Source of the DNA: Halobacteriaceae archaeon
GTDB taxonomy: Archaea; Halobacteriota; Halobacteria; Halobacteriales; Halobacteriaceae
DNA length: 64,000 nucleotides
NCBI GenBank assembly: GCA_042216675.1
Contig: JBDGTS010000003.1
Span: forward strand, 45,227-109,226
Direction of reading: 5' to 3'
The position numbers were made by a program, and so were the translations under genes. Numbering within the stretch: position 1 is the stretch's first letter; each line of letters starts with the position of its first letter. This document shows, in pieces, positions 1 to 10,008 of the stretch. Below the pieces are notes generated by a model that was not told the DNA's origin, ran no database searches, and worked only from the letters and a program-made list of their open reading frames with translations.

Positions 1-314
1 GTCAGTGCCTCGGGGTCGTAGTCGTCGGCCGGTTGGTTCATCGAGTCGCGTGGTTGGCCACCCGTCGCGGCGAGGCGCGCGCGGACCAACACCACCTCGT
101 CGGCCCACCGGCGCTCCGTCCCCGTGAGTCGCTCGCGGGACTCCTCGCCGTCGACGGCCGTCAGCGGGAGCCACGACACGTCCTCCACCCCGGACCCGTC
201 GTGTTCGAGGATGAGGTACACCGCGTCGCCCGCCTCGAACTCCGGCCCCTGCACGAGGTAGGTGCAGAGCCCCGTCAGTCGGCGGGCGATGTCGGCCGCC
301 GTCCGTCTGCTCAT
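1..314 (-). CDS. hypothetical protein (partial, runs off window start)
   Basis: ATG at 314; open frame MSRRTAADIARRLTGLCTYLVQGPEF...DDYDPEAL with acidic haloarchaeal codon usage; no stop in window. Confidence 0.6.
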   Translation of the reverse strand, partial: MSRRTAADIARRLTGLCTYLVQGPEFEAGDAVYLILEHDGSGVEDVSWLPLTAVDGEESRERLTGTERRWADEVVLVRARLAATGGQPRDSMNQPADDYDPEAL

Positions 315-400
315 GTCTCCGCCGTACCGCCGCGGCGCACTTGGCCGTTGTGTCGCAGCCGTCTGACAAGAGTTTAGTCGCCCCTCTCCGCAGGCCCGCT

Positions 401-1264
401 ATGCGCTACTACCGACTCCCCGCCGACGGGACCGAACGCCTCGTCGCCCGCGACGGCGCCGACGCCTACGACCTGACCGCCGCCGACCCGACGCTCGACT
501 CCTTCGCGGCGCTCGCGGCCGAGGCCCTCGGCGACGAGAGCGTAGACGACGTTGCGGCCGCGTTGCTCGACGACGCCGACGCCGTCGACGTGGACGCGCT
601 GGACTCCGCCTCACTCCCCGTCGTCCCCGAGGAAGTGTGGGCCGCCGGCGTCACCTACAAGATCAGCGAGGAGGCCCGCACCGAGGAGTCCGTGATGCCG
701 GAGATGTACATGGACGTGTACGACGCGGAGCGCCCGGAAATCTTCTTCAAGGCGACGCCGAGTCGGACCGTCGGGCCGAACGAGGCCGTCGGCGTCCGCG
801 GCGACTCCGACTGGGACGTGCCCGAACCGGAACTCGGCGTCGTCGTCCACCGGGGCGACATCGTCGGCTTCACCGCGGGCAACGACGTGAGTAGCCGCGA
901 CATCGAGGGCGAGAACCCGCTCTACCTCCCGCAGGCGAAGGTGTACGACCGCTGTTGCTCGCTCGGCCCCGCCGTCGCCTCCGCCGACTCCATCGGCGAC
1001 CCCCACGCGCTGGCGATGGAAATCGAAATCGAGCGAGACGGCGACACCGTGTTCGCCGACGCCACATCCACGTCGGAGATGGTCCGCACCTGCGAGGAAC
1101 TGGTCGGCGCGCTCTCCCGACACAACGTTCTTCCGGAGACGACGGTCCTGCTGACCGGCACGTCGCTGGTGCCCCCGGACGAGTTCACCCTCGAAGTCGG
1201 CGACCGCGTCGAAATCGACATCGAAGGCATCGGCACTCTCGTCAACGACGTCGTCGAGGTATAG
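401..1264 (+). CDS. xacE: 2-keto-3-deoxy-xylonate/arabinonate dehydratase (FAH superfamily)
   Basis: WAAGVTY, RPEIFFKATPSR, VPEPELG, NDVSSRDIEGENPLYLPQAK motifs closely resemble Haloferax XacE. Confidence 0.85.
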   Translation: MRYYRLPADGTERLVARDGADAYDLTAADPTLDSFAALAAEALGDESVDDVAAALLDDADAVDVDALDSASLPVVPEEVWAAGVTYKISEEARTEESVMPEMYMDVYDAERPEIFFKATPSRTVGPNEAVGVRGDSDWDVPEPELGVVVHRGDIVGFTAGNDVSSRDIEGENPLYLPQAKVYDRCCSLGPAVASADSIGDPHALAMEIEIERDGDTVFADATSTSEMVRTCEELVGALSRHNVLPETTVLLTGTSLVPPDEFTLEVGDRVEIDIEGIGTLVNDVVEV

Positions 1265-1295
1265 ATTGATAGGGCGGGCCCGTGACGCTCCACCT

Positions 1296-1622
1296 ATGCC
1301 GCGCGTCGCCTTTCTGCAACGACTCAAGCCGGACCGCGTCGACGACTACGTCGAGGCTCATCAGGACGTCCCGACGGCCGTCACGGACACGATGGCCGAC
1401 GCCGACGTGGAGTGGTTCGACGTGTTCGTCCGCGACGAGATTGCGGTCTGTGTTCTCTCCGTCGCAGACCCCGAGCGGTTCGCGGACACCTACGAACGCG
1501 CGATGGCCGAGAACGAGACCATCGCCGACTGGGAGCGTTTGAACAACGGCTTCAAGCGTGAGGGGATGGACGGCGACGGCATTCCGTGGATGGAGCGCGT
1601 CTGGACCGCCGAGTTCGACTGA
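1296..1622 (+). CDS. L-rhamnose mutarotase family protein
   Basis: 108 aa; RLKPDRVDDYVEAHQDV and WMERVW motifs. Confidence 0.8.
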   Translation: MPRVAFLQRLKPDRVDDYVEAHQDVPTAVTDTMADADVEWFDVFVRDEIAVCVLSVADPERFADTYERAMAENETIADWERLNNGFKREGMDGDGIPWMERVWTAEFD

Positions 1623-1663
1623 CCCCCTTGGTTTCTTCACGACGCCGGCCAACCGTCGGTCTA

Positions 1664-2509
1664 ATGCTCACTCACGGCCACGTCACGCGCTCCGGATTCG
1701 CCGACGAGGTGGCGGACGACCTCGAGACGCAACTCGACACGTTCGCTGACCTCGGTATCGACTACGTCGACCTCCGCTCGGCGTGGGGCACGAACGTCCT
1801 CGACTTCGACGACGACGAAATCGAGACGGTCCAGCGGGCCCTCGACGAACGGGACATGGGCGTCGCCTGCATCGGCTCCCCCATCGGCAAGGTGCCCATC
1901 GAGGACCCGTTCGCGGACCACCGCGAGCGCTTCCACACCGCAATCGAGCGCGCACACCAGTTCGACGCCGACTACATCCGCCTGTTCTCCTACTGGATGC
2001 CCGCCGACGGGAGCCCCGCCGACTACAGACAGGAGGTGATTCACCGGATGCAGGAGAAAGCCGACGTCGCCGAGGAGGAGGACGTGATCTTGCTTCACGA
2101 GAACGAGAAGGACATCTACGGCGACACGCCCGCCCGCTGTCGGGACCTGCTGACCGCCGTCGACTCCCCGAACTTCCGGGCCATCTTCGACCCCGCGAAC
2201 TTCTTGGAGGTGGGTGTCCGCCCCTACCCCGACGCCCTCCTCGATTTGGTGGAGTACGTCGAGTACCTACACATCAAGGATGCCCAGTTCGGGGAGCGCG
2301 GCGCCATCGAACCCGCGGGCGAGGGCGACGGCGAGATTCCGGCGGTCCTCCGCGCCCTCGACCGGCGCGGCTTCGAGGGCTTCGCGGCCCTCGAACCGCA
2401 CCTCGCCGCCGCCGAGGAGAAGGGCGGCTTCAGCGGTCCCGAGGCGTTCCGCGTGGCCGACGAGGCCCTCCGGGACTGTCTGGACGAGAGCGGGATGGCC
2501 TACGACTGA
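1664..2509 (+). CDS. sugar phosphate isomerase/epimerase (xylose isomerase-like TIM barrel)
   Basis: SGFADE, GSPIGK, LHENEK, FDPANF, HIKDA, LEPH motifs. Confidence 0.88.
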   Translation: MLTHGHVTRSGFADEVADDLETQLDTFADLGIDYVDLRSAWGTNVLDFDDDEIETVQRALDERDMGVACIGSPIGKVPIEDPFADHRERFHTAIERAHQFDADYIRLFSYWMPADGSPADYRQEVIHRMQEKADVAEEEDVILLHENEKDIYGDTPARCRDLLTAVDSPNFRAIFDPANFLEVGVRPYPDALLDLVEYVEYLHIKDAQFGERGAIEPAGEGDGEIPAVLRALDRRGFEGFAALEPHLAAAEEKGGFSGPEAFRVADEALRDCLDESGMAYD

Positions 2510-3336
2510 GCGAGGCGCGCCCGCAGGTCCGGGCCGAAGCGGACCAGTCCCCACCGCGCGACGGGCGCGACGAGGAGGAGCGCCGTCCCGGCGAGGGCGG
2601 CGTCGAGGTTGGGCGAGAGCCGGCAGGGTGCGTACTGGGTCCCGTACCGGAGCGTGTTCTCCGCGAGCGAGTAGGACACCCGGTAGTTCGCCGGCGGAGA
2701 GCCGTACACGCCGACGGCGAAGCACTTCGCGACACCCGTCGTGGTCCCGACGAGGACCAACGCCGCGCCGACCCACTCGGCGACGAGCGTCGTCGCGTCG
2801 GCGAGGCCGCCGTCGAACCGCGTCACCTGTAGCAGGCCGAACACCCCCACCGCGTAGTGGGGCAGCGGTTCGCGGACGGCCGCTCGCTGGAGGGGGTCGA
2901 ACGGCACGAACGCCGCGACGACGAGCAACGCGACCGGCAGGACGAGCGGAACGCGTCGGGGGACGCGGTCGGTGAGCGCTGGGCCGACTGCCGCGGCGCC
3001 GAGTCCCAGAGCGCCGACGACGACGGCGCGCCCGGTCACCTCGAACGCGCCGGCCGACATCGCGACGCGCGCCATCTCCGCCGCCGCGACGACTGCGAGC
3101 GCCCCGTAGCCGACGAAGCCGAGACACGCCACCGCCAGCGCACCCCGAGGCACGCGCTTCCGGGCCAGTCCGGCCAGCAACAGCGCCGCCGCGGGGAACG
3201 CGAGGAGGGCGGGCAGTTCGACGGCCCGGAGCGTGGCTCCCCCGAGCAGAGCCTCGGCGGTGACGACGGCGGGGGAGAGGGTCGCGACCGCCAGCAGAGC
3301 GGTCGCGGCGAGTGCGAGTCGGCGTGGCGGGGTCAC
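2500..3336 (-). CDS. hypothetical multi-pass membrane protein
   Basis: Hydrophobic Ala/Leu/Val segments; probable GTG start at 3336; fills the gap between genes. Confidence 0.6.
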   Translation of the reverse strand: MTPPRRLALAATALLAVATLSPAVVTAEALLGGATLRAVELPALLAFPAAALLLAGLARKRVPRGALAVACLGFVGYGALAVVAAAEMARVAMSAGAFEVTGRAVVVGALGLGAAAVGPALTDRVPRRVPLVLPVALLVVAAFVPFDPLQRAAVREPLPHYAVGVFGLLQVTRFDGGLADATTLVAEWVGAALVLVGTTTGVAKCFAVGVYGSPPANYRVSYSLAENTLRYGTQYAPCRLSPNLDAALAGTALLLVAPVARWGLVRFGPDLRARLAQS

Positions 3337-3376
3337 GCCCGGTCCGTCGGCCGCCGTCCGGAAAACGTTTCTGCAG

Positions 3377-4117
3377 TTACAGGTCCGCGAGGAAGTCCGC
3401 GCCCGTCTGGATGGACTCGGCGGGGTTCTCGGGGTCGTCGTGTTCGTAGATGAGCCATTCGGCGTCCACGTCGCGCGCGGCGTCGGCACAGGCCTGCATG
3501 TCCACGTCGCCCGCGCCGATTTCCGCGAACTCGCGTTCCTCGACGTGCATGTCCTTCATGTGCACGAGGTCTATCTGGTCGTCCAACTCGCGGATGAGCG
3601 CCGCGGGGTCGTCGCCGCCGACCAGCGCCCACCCCACGTCGAGTTCGATTTGGGCCGCCGTCTCGTCGATGAAGCGGTCGAAGGCGGTGTGGTCGCCGAG
3701 GTCCTCGAACTCGAAGTCGTGGTTGTGGTAGTGGCAAGTCCAGTCCGCGGCCGCGAGGTCGTCGGCCACCTCGTCCACCAGCGCCGCGAACGTGTCCACG
3801 TTCTGCGCGGAGGCGAAGTGGTCGTCGCTAACGTGAGGGATGACCGCGCCCGAACAGCCGATTTCGTCGCGGTAGGCCGCCACCACGTCGTCGAGGTCGT
3901 CCTCCAGTTCGTCCATGCCGACGTGGGGCGGCACCGGGTCGAGGCCCGTCTCCGCCAGTTTGTCCGCGACGGCACCGGCGCCAGCGTCCTCGATGGCGCC
4001 GAGGCCGCCCGAAATCTGGACGCCGTCGTAGCCCGCGTCGGCAACACGGTCGATGGTGTCGAGGAGAGGTTCGTCGAGCGCTCGGACGCTGTACAGATTG
4101 ATGGCAGTCTTGACCAT
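3377..4117 (-). CDS. sugar phosphate isomerase/epimerase (TIM barrel)
   Basis: NLYSVR, YHNHDFEF, ELDVGW, VHMKD, IYEHD motifs. Confidence 0.9.
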   Translation of the reverse strand: MVKTAINLYSVRALDEPLLDTIDRVADAGYDGVQISGGLGAIEDAGAGAVADKLAETGLDPVPPHVGMDELEDDLDDVVAAYRDEIGCSGAVIPHVSDDHFASAQNVDTFAALVDEVADDLAAADWTCHYHNHDFEFEDLGDHTAFDRFIDETAAQIELDVGWALVGGDDPAALIRELDDQIDLVHMKDMHVEEREFAEIGAGDVDMQACADAARDVDAEWLIYEHDDPENPAESIQTGADFLADL

Positions 4118-4201
4118 ACCGTCGCCGTTCGGGGCCGCCGGCTAAGGCGTTGTGGTCCGGGAACCGGGGTTTATTTTTGCCCGCTCGTCACAGTCCGGGG
4201 C

Positions 4202-5338
4202 ATGCAGGTCACAGACGTCGAAGCAATCCCGCTCGTCCACGAACTGCCCGAGGGGCGCACGCTCGGCAGTTCCCGCGGCCAGACCGGGGAGCGATTCACG
4301 ACGCTGGTCCGACTCGAAACCGACGACGGCACCGTGGGCTGGGGGGAGGCCTTCGCCCCCGCGCGCACCGTGGCGACGCTCGTCGAGGAGGTGTTCGCGG
4401 ACCGCGTGCTGGGTCTCGACCCCCACGACGCGGCGTCCTTCGTCGAGGAGTCCTACACTACCGGCTACCACTTCGGGCGCGCCTCGTTCGTCCGGTGTGC
4501 CGTCTCCGGCATCGACGTGGCGCTACACGACATCCTCGGTAAGGCGACCGGTCAGCCGATTCACAAACTGCTCGGCGGCGGGGCCGTCGACTCGCTCACG
4601 CCATACGCCTCGACTGGCTACGTGAGTTCGTGGGACTGGAGCGTCGCGGAACAGGTGGGCACCGCCGCCGAGGAGGGCTTCACCGCCGCGAAGATCAAAA
4701 TCGGCACCGGCATCGAGGAGGACGTGCAGCGAGTGCGCGATGCTCGCGAGGCCCTCGGCGAGGACGCGACGCTGATGGTGGACTACAACGGCAACTACCG
4801 CCCGAAGCAGGCGCTCCAGTCCGTCGAGGCCATCGAACCCTACGACGTGGCGTGGATCGAGGAGCCGGTGCCCGCGGAGAACCTCTCGGGCTACCGCGAA
4901 CTCTCCCAGCAGGTGGACGTGCCACTCGCCGCGGGCGAGGCGCACTTCAGCCGCTTCGAGTTCCGGGACCTCGTCGAGGACCGCACCGTGGACGTCGTCC
5001 AGCCGAATCTGGGTCGCTGTGGCGGCTTCACCGAGGCGAAACTCATCGGGCAGATGGCGACGACGGAGAACGTCGCCGTCCGACCGCACGTCTGGAACTC
5101 CGGCGTCGGCGTCGCCGCCGCCGTCCAGTTCGCGGCGACGGTTCCCGACTACCCGCACAACACGAACGTCGTGGACCCGCTTCTCTTCGAGTTCGACCGC
5201 TCGGAGAACCCTCTCCGCCACGAGATTCTCGACGACCCCTTCGACCCGACGGGCGGGGACCTGCCGGTTCCCGACGACCCCGGCCTCGGCATCGAGATCG
5301 ACGAGGAGGCAGTCGAGCGGTACCGCGTCGACACCTGA
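4202..5338 (+). CDS. mandelate racemase/muconate lactonizing family enzyme (probable acid-sugar dehydratase)
   Basis: GWGE, SGIDVALHDILGK, KIKIG, VDYN, WIEEP, AAGE, PGLGIE motifs. Confidence 0.9.
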   Translation: MQVTDVEAIPLVHELPEGRTLGSSRGQTGERFTTLVRLETDDGTVGWGEAFAPARTVATLVEEVFADRVLGLDPHDAASFVEESYTTGYHFGRASFVRCAVSGIDVALHDILGKATGQPIHKLLGGGAVDSLTPYASTGYVSSWDWSVAEQVGTAAEEGFTAAKIKIGTGIEEDVQRVRDAREALGEDATLMVDYNGNYRPKQALQSVEAIEPYDVAWIEEPVPAENLSGYRELSQQVDVPLAAGEAHFSRFEFRDLVEDRTVDVVQPNLGRCGGFTEAKLIGQMATTENVAVRPHVWNSGVGVAAAVQFAATVPDYPHNTNVVDPLLFEFDRSENPLRHEILDDPFDPTGGDLPVPDDPGLGIEIDEEAVERYRVDT

Positions 5339-5377
5339 ACCCGGAACTTTTTCGGCGCCCCTCGGCCTCTCTCCGGC

Positions 5378-6217
5378 ATGGACGTTCTCATGACGGGCGT
5401 GTACGGCCGCTGTGGTACCGCCATCATCGACCACCTCTACGAGGAGGAGGCCTACGACTGGACGCTGTACAACCGCTCGGACCGGCCCGACGACCACCCC
5501 TACGGCGGCTACGACACCGTCGTCGGCAACGTGACGGACGCGGACCTGCTGATGGACGCCACCGAGGGCCACGACGCGATGGTCCACCTCGCGGGCTACC
5601 CCTTCACCGACGGCGACTGGGACGACGTGCTGGAACCCAACTACATCGGGATGTACAACGCACTAGAGGCGGCCCGGCAGAACGAGGTGGAGTCGTTCGT
5701 CTTCGCCTCGACGAATCACGTCATGGGGATGTACGAGGTGGAGAACGCCCCGGACATCTACTTCCCCGACAGCGACGTCCTCATCGACCACACCGACCCG
5801 GTTCGGCCGGACTCCTTCTACGGCACCTCCAAGTCCTTCGGCGAGGACCTGCTGCGCTACTACGTCGAGAACTACGAGTACCCGAAGCAGGGGTACGCGC
5901 TCCGCATCTGCTCGGTCCGAATGCCCGAGTACGACCATCCCTACGGCGACGCCGAGTCGGGCGTCGACGACGGCGAGTTCGAGCGTGGGAGCGACGCGTA
6001 CGCCCAGCAAGTCGCCCGGATGAAGGCGATGTGGCAGTCCCGCCGGGACTTCGCGCATCAGGTCGAGTGCTGTCTCGACGACGACGACGTGGACTACGGC
6101 ATCTTCAACGGCGTCAGCGACAACCAGCGCCGCTGGTACAGCATCGAACACGCGCGCCGCCGCATCGGCTACGACCCACAGGACGACGGCGACGAGTGGG
6201 ACTCGCCGCCGGCCTGA
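5378..6217 (+). CDS. extended SDR sugar dehydrogenase (Azf/uronate dehydrogenase/XacB-like)
   Basis: TGxxGxxG, VHLAG, FASTNH, YGTSK, SDNQRRWYSI and GYDPQD motifs. Confidence 0.8.
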   Translation: MDVLMTGVYGRCGTAIIDHLYEEEAYDWTLYNRSDRPDDHPYGGYDTVVGNVTDADLLMDATEGHDAMVHLAGYPFTDGDWDDVLEPNYIGMYNALEAARQNEVESFVFASTNHVMGMYEVENAPDIYFPDSDVLIDHTDPVRPDSFYGTSKSFGEDLLRYYVENYEYPKQGYALRICSVRMPEYDHPYGDAESGVDDGEFERGSDAYAQQVARMKAMWQSRRDFAHQVECCLDDDDVDYGIFNGVSDNQRRWYSIEHARRRIGYDPQDDGDEWDSPPA

Positions 6218-6259
6218 GGGGAACGACTTATTGACGCCGAGACGATATCGACGCCAACC

Positions 6260-6637
6260 ATGAGCGACCACGGGACCCGCGTCGAGGACGGCACGCTCTA
6301 CGTCGATGACGGCGAAGGCGGATGGCTCGAAGTCGGCACCTTCGACGACATCTACGACGTCCTCGACGGCGAGACGATAGAAGTCGAGTACGAGGCGAAA
6401 GCCGCGGCGTTCGGATCGGCGTGGCTCGACGTCGACGACGACGACGTCCTCACCATCGACGTGCGCGAGACGGTGACGGACATGACGTATCCGCCCGCGT
6501 TCGTCGCGAAACTCGCCGAACGCTCCGTCGAGGGTCGCGGTATCCCCGAGCGAACGACGTTCTTCGCGGAGTCGATGGAGCGCGTCTGGCGCTCCCGCGG
6601 GTCGCTCCCTGACGACGAGAACCCGTTTCTCGCCTAG
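6260..6637 (+). CDS. hypothetical protein
   Basis: Acidic 125-aa ORF with TATA-like CTTATT about 27 nt upstream. Confidence 0.75.
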   Translation: MSDHGTRVEDGTLYVDDGEGGWLEVGTFDDIYDVLDGETIEVEYEAKAAAFGSAWLDVDDDDVLTIDVRETVTDMTYPPAFVAKLAERSVEGRGIPERTTFFAESMERVWRSRGSLPDDENPFLA

Positions 6638-7707
6638 AGCGAGACGGCCGCTCCTTGCTCGTTCGACCGGTAGATGGCGTCTAACACCCGCTGGACCGCC
6701 AGTCCCTCCTCGACGGTGTTCGTCTCCGGCGCTTCGCCCGCGGCGACGGCGTCGAGGAAGGCCCTGTCTTCGGCGTCGTGGCCGCTCACGTCGCGGTGTC
6801 CCGTCAGTTCGCTGTCGACGTAGTGGTCCACGCCGGCCCCGTCGACGCCGCGGACGGTAATCTCGTCGCCGCCCACCTCACACTCGGCGCCCGCGTCCGT
6901 CCCGCGGAGCACCACGTCTTTGCTCGGCGTGCGGTTGCAGGCCCACGCGACTTCGAGCGACATCGTCGTGCCGTCCGCACACCGGAGGAACGCGCTCGCG
7001 GAGTCCTCTACCTCGAAGGCGCCGGTGCCGCCGGACCCGTGCCCGGACCAGCCCTCGGGGTCCACGTAGTCCTCGCGCCCGCCGAACTCGGAGCGAGTCG
7101 TCGCGGACACCTCCGTCACCTCGGGGAAGCCCGCGAGATAGAGCGCGAAGTCGACGAGGTGGACGCCGACGTCGACGACGGCACCGCCGCCGGCGAGGTC
7201 CGCGTCCGTGAACCACGAGCCGACGCCCGGCACGCCCCGCCGGCGGACGTACTCGCCCTCGACGTGGCTCACGTCGCCAAAGCGGCCGTCCTCACGGTAG
7301 GCGACGGCGAGGTCAGCGGCGGCGCTGAAGCGGTTGTGGAAGCCGACCATGCAGAACGCGTCGGACCGGCGGGCCGCGTCGGCGATTCGCTCGGCGGCGT
7401 CGAGGCTGTCGGCCAGCGGTTTCTCACAGAGGACGGCGACGTTTCGCTGGAGGGCCGCCACCGCGGCCTCCTCGTGAAACGCGTTCGGCGTCGTGACGAC
7501 GACGGCGTCCGGACCGACGTCTTCGAGCATCGCCGCCGTGTCGGCGAACGTCTCGGCCCCGAACTCCTCGGCGAAGTCGTCTCTGGCCCCCTCGTTCACG
7601 TCCACGCCGGCGACGACGCCGTGGCCGGCGCCCCTGACGTTGTTCGCGTGCGTGCGTCCCATGCCGCCACAGCCGACGACTGCGACGCGAAGCGGGTCGG
7701 ATGACAT
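6634..7707 (-). CDS. Gfo/Idh/MocA family oxidoreductase
   Basis: VGCGGMG, CEKPLA, GFHNRF, GGGAVVDVGVH. Confidence 0.92.
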   Translation of the reverse strand: MSSDPLRVAVVGCGGMGRTHANNVRGAGHGVVAGVDVNEGARDDFAEEFGAETFADTAAMLEDVGPDAVVVTTPNAFHEEAAVAALQRNVAVLCEKPLADSLDAAERIADAARRSDAFCMVGFHNRFSAAADLAVAYREDGRFGDVSHVEGEYVRRRGVPGVGSWFTDADLAGGGAVVDVGVHLVDFALYLAGFPEVTEVSATTRSEFGGREDYVDPEGWSGHGSGGTGAFEVEDSASAFLRCADGTTMSLEVAWACNRTPSKDVVLRGTDAGAECEVGGDEITVRGVDGAGVDHYVDSELTGHRDVSGHDAEDRAFLDAVAAGEAPETNTVEEGLAVQRVLDAIYRSNEQGAAVSL

Positions 7708-7742
7708 GGGCAGACGGCGGGGCGCCGCGCCCAAAAGGGTAC

Positions 7743-8594
7743 CTACGGCTCCTCGACGACGGGGTTCGTCAGCGTGCCGATGCCCTCGATTTCCACGTCG
7801 ACTTCGTCGCCCGGTTCGAGAAGCTCCGGCGGTTCCATGAAGACGCCGACGCCGCCGGGGGTGCCCGTCGAAATCACGTCGCCGGGCCGGAGCGTCATCG
7901 CGTTGCTGATGTACTCGACGAGTTCGTACACGTCGAAGATGAACTGGTCGGTGTTGGAGTCCTGCTTCGTCTCGCCGTTGACGCGACAGGCCACGTCGAC
8001 GTTGTTCGGGTCGAAGTCGTCGCCGGCGACGAGGCGCGGCCCCATCGGCGCGAACGTGTCGTAGGACTTGCCGCGGAGGAACTGCTCGTCCTCGAACTGC
8101 GCGTCGCGGCCACTCACGTCGTTGATGGCGGTGTAGCCCGCGATGTAGTCGTCCGCCTCGTTGGCGCTGACGTTGTTCGCCGTCTCGCCGATGACGACGC
8201 CGAGTTCGACTTCGTAGTCCACCTGCTCGATGTTCTCGGGGTGGTAGATGGGGTCGGCGGGGTTCGTGACGGCCGTGGGCGCCTTGCCGAACAGGAGCGG
8301 TCGCTCGGGAATCTCCTCGTCCTGCTCTTCAGCGTGGTCACGGTAGTTCAGCCCGACGCAGACGATTTTGCCGGGTTCGGGCACCGGCGCGAGGTGACGC
8401 ACGTCGGTCTCAGGGACTGTGGAGAGGCCGCCCGTCTCGACGCGGCCGCGCACGTCGTCGCGGTAGCTCGGATTCGCGATGTCACCGTAGTCGGGTTCGC
8501 CCGCGGGAAGGTCCGACAGCGAGTAGACGTCGCCGTCCTCGACGACGCCCCACTGGGGGTTGCTTCCGGCGTGCGTGTAGCGGACAAATTGCAT
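7743..8594 (-). CDS. fumarylacetoacetate hydrolase family protein
   Basis: KIVCVGLNYRDH, DYEVELGVVIG, NDVSGRD, GKSYDTF, TGTPGGVG. Confidence 0.92.
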   Translation of the reverse strand: MQFVRYTHAGSNPQWGVVEDGDVYSLSDLPAGEPDYGDIANPSYRDDVRGRVETGGLSTVPETDVRHLAPVPEPGKIVCVGLNYRDHAEEQDEEIPERPLLFGKAPTAVTNPADPIYHPENIEQVDYEVELGVVIGETANNVSANEADDYIAGYTAINDVSGRDAQFEDEQFLRGKSYDTFAPMGPRLVAGDDFDPNNVDVACRVNGETKQDSNTDQFIFDVYELVEYISNAMTLRPGDVISTGTPGGVGVFMEPPELLEPGDEVDVEIEGIGTLTNPVVEEP

Positions 8595-8635
8595 CACAGG
8601 ATTCCATCCGCGGCGCCGCCTTAAACCCAACTACT

Positions 8636-8875
8636 TCAGCTGAAGAAGCCCCAGCCGCGCTTCTCCCGTTCGGCCTCCTTCAGTTCCTCGCGGTCCACGA
8701 GCCCCGCGTCGAGGACGGTGAGACGCTCGTAGTGTTCGCCCATGACCCACGCGATGAGGATGAACGCTGATGCGAGGATTTCCGGCCTGGGAAGCGAGGG
8801 CACGAGAATCACCACGGCCATCATCAGTGCGAGCAGTGTGTTGTGGATCCAGCGGTTGGCGAGGATACTCGTCAT
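8636..8875 (-). CDS. small hypothetical membrane protein
   Basis: 79 aa with two hydrophobic helices. Confidence 0.6.
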   Translation of the reverse strand: MTSILANRWIHNTLLALMMAVVILVPSLPRPEILASAFILIAWVMGEHYERLTVLDAGLVDREELKEAEREKRGWGFFS

Positions 8876-8952
8876 CCTCGGGGAGTCGGACCCGCGGCCA
8901 CATTACTCTGTTCACCGGCACCCTTTTTATCGGCCCCATCCATCCGCCGTCC

Positions 8953-10008
8953 GTGACTCACCGAATCGCCATCGCCGGCATCGGCGCCGTGGCGGACCTC
9001 CACGCCGACTGCGTGGCCGAAATCGACGGCGCGGAGGTCGTCGCGGGGTCCTGTCGCACAGAGTCGAAGGGACGGGAGTTCGCCGAGGAACACGACGCGC
9101 GGTGGTTCCCGGAGACGGACCTCATGCTGGACGAGACGGACCCGGACGTGCTCATCGTCTGCACGCCCAGCGGTGCGCACCTCACGCCCACCGTCGAGGC
9201 GGCGGAGCGCGGGGTCCACGTCCTCTGTGAGAAGCCTCTCGAAATCACCACCGAGCGCGTGGACAAGATGATAGTGGCCGCCAACGAGGGCAACATCCGC
9301 CTCGGCGGCGTGTTCCAACAGCGCTTCGACCCGTCGGTTCAGCGGGTCCACGAAGCCGCCACCGAGGGTCGCTTCGGGGACCTCTCGGTCGGTGCGGCGT
9401 ACGTCCCGTGGTGGCGCGACGACGACTACTACCGCGACGCGTGGCAGGGCACCGAATCGCTGGACGGCGGCGGCGCGCTGATGAACCAGTCCATCCACGG
9501 CGTCGACGCCATCCAGTGGCTTGCGGGCGCGGCCGCCGGCGTCGACGAGGCGAACCCCGTCGAGGAGGTGGTCGCGTTCACGGACCGGCGCGCCCACGCC
9601 GACGACCTGATGGAAGTCGAGGACACCGCCGTCGCTTCCATCCGCTTCCGTGGGGGCGCCCTCGGTCAGATTCTCGCCGCCACCTCGATGTATCCGGGGT
9701 CGGACAAGCGCCTCCAACTCGCGGGCCGCGACGGCACCGTCGAGGTGCGCGACGACGAGATTTCGACGTGGGAGTTCCGCGACGCCGACGAAGGCGCCGC
9801 CGAGTCGGGCGGCGACGGCGGCGGCGGTGGCTCCGCGGACCCGATGAGCATCGGCGGCGGCAACCACCGGCGCAACATCGAGGCGTTCCTCGACGCAATC
9901 GAGTCCGGCGAGGAGTTCCTGCTGGACGCCCACGAGGCACGCAAGGCCGTGGAAATCGTCGAGGCCGTCTACGAGTCCGCAGAGACGGGTGAACCCGTCC
10001 GCCTCTAG
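8953..10008 (+). CDS. Gfo/Idh/MocA family oxidoreductase
   Basis: AGIGAVA, CEKPLE, FQQRF, DGGGALMNQSIH; GTG start after TTTTTAT box. Confidence 0.92.
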   Translation: MTHRIAIAGIGAVADLHADCVAEIDGAEVVAGSCRTESKGREFAEEHDARWFPETDLMLDETDPDVLIVCTPSGAHLTPTVEAAERGVHVLCEKPLEITTERVDKMIVAANEGNIRLGGVFQQRFDPSVQRVHEAATEGRFGDLSVGAAYVPWWRDDDYYRDAWQGTESLDGGGALMNQSIHGVDAIQWLAGAAAGVDEANPVEEVVAFTDRRAHADDLMEVEDTAVASIRFRGGALGQILAATSMYPGSDKRLQLAGRDGTVEVRDDEISTWEFRDADEGAAESGGDGGGGGSADPMSIGGGNHRRNIEAFLDAIESGEEFLLDAHEARKAVEIVEAVYESAETGEPVRL

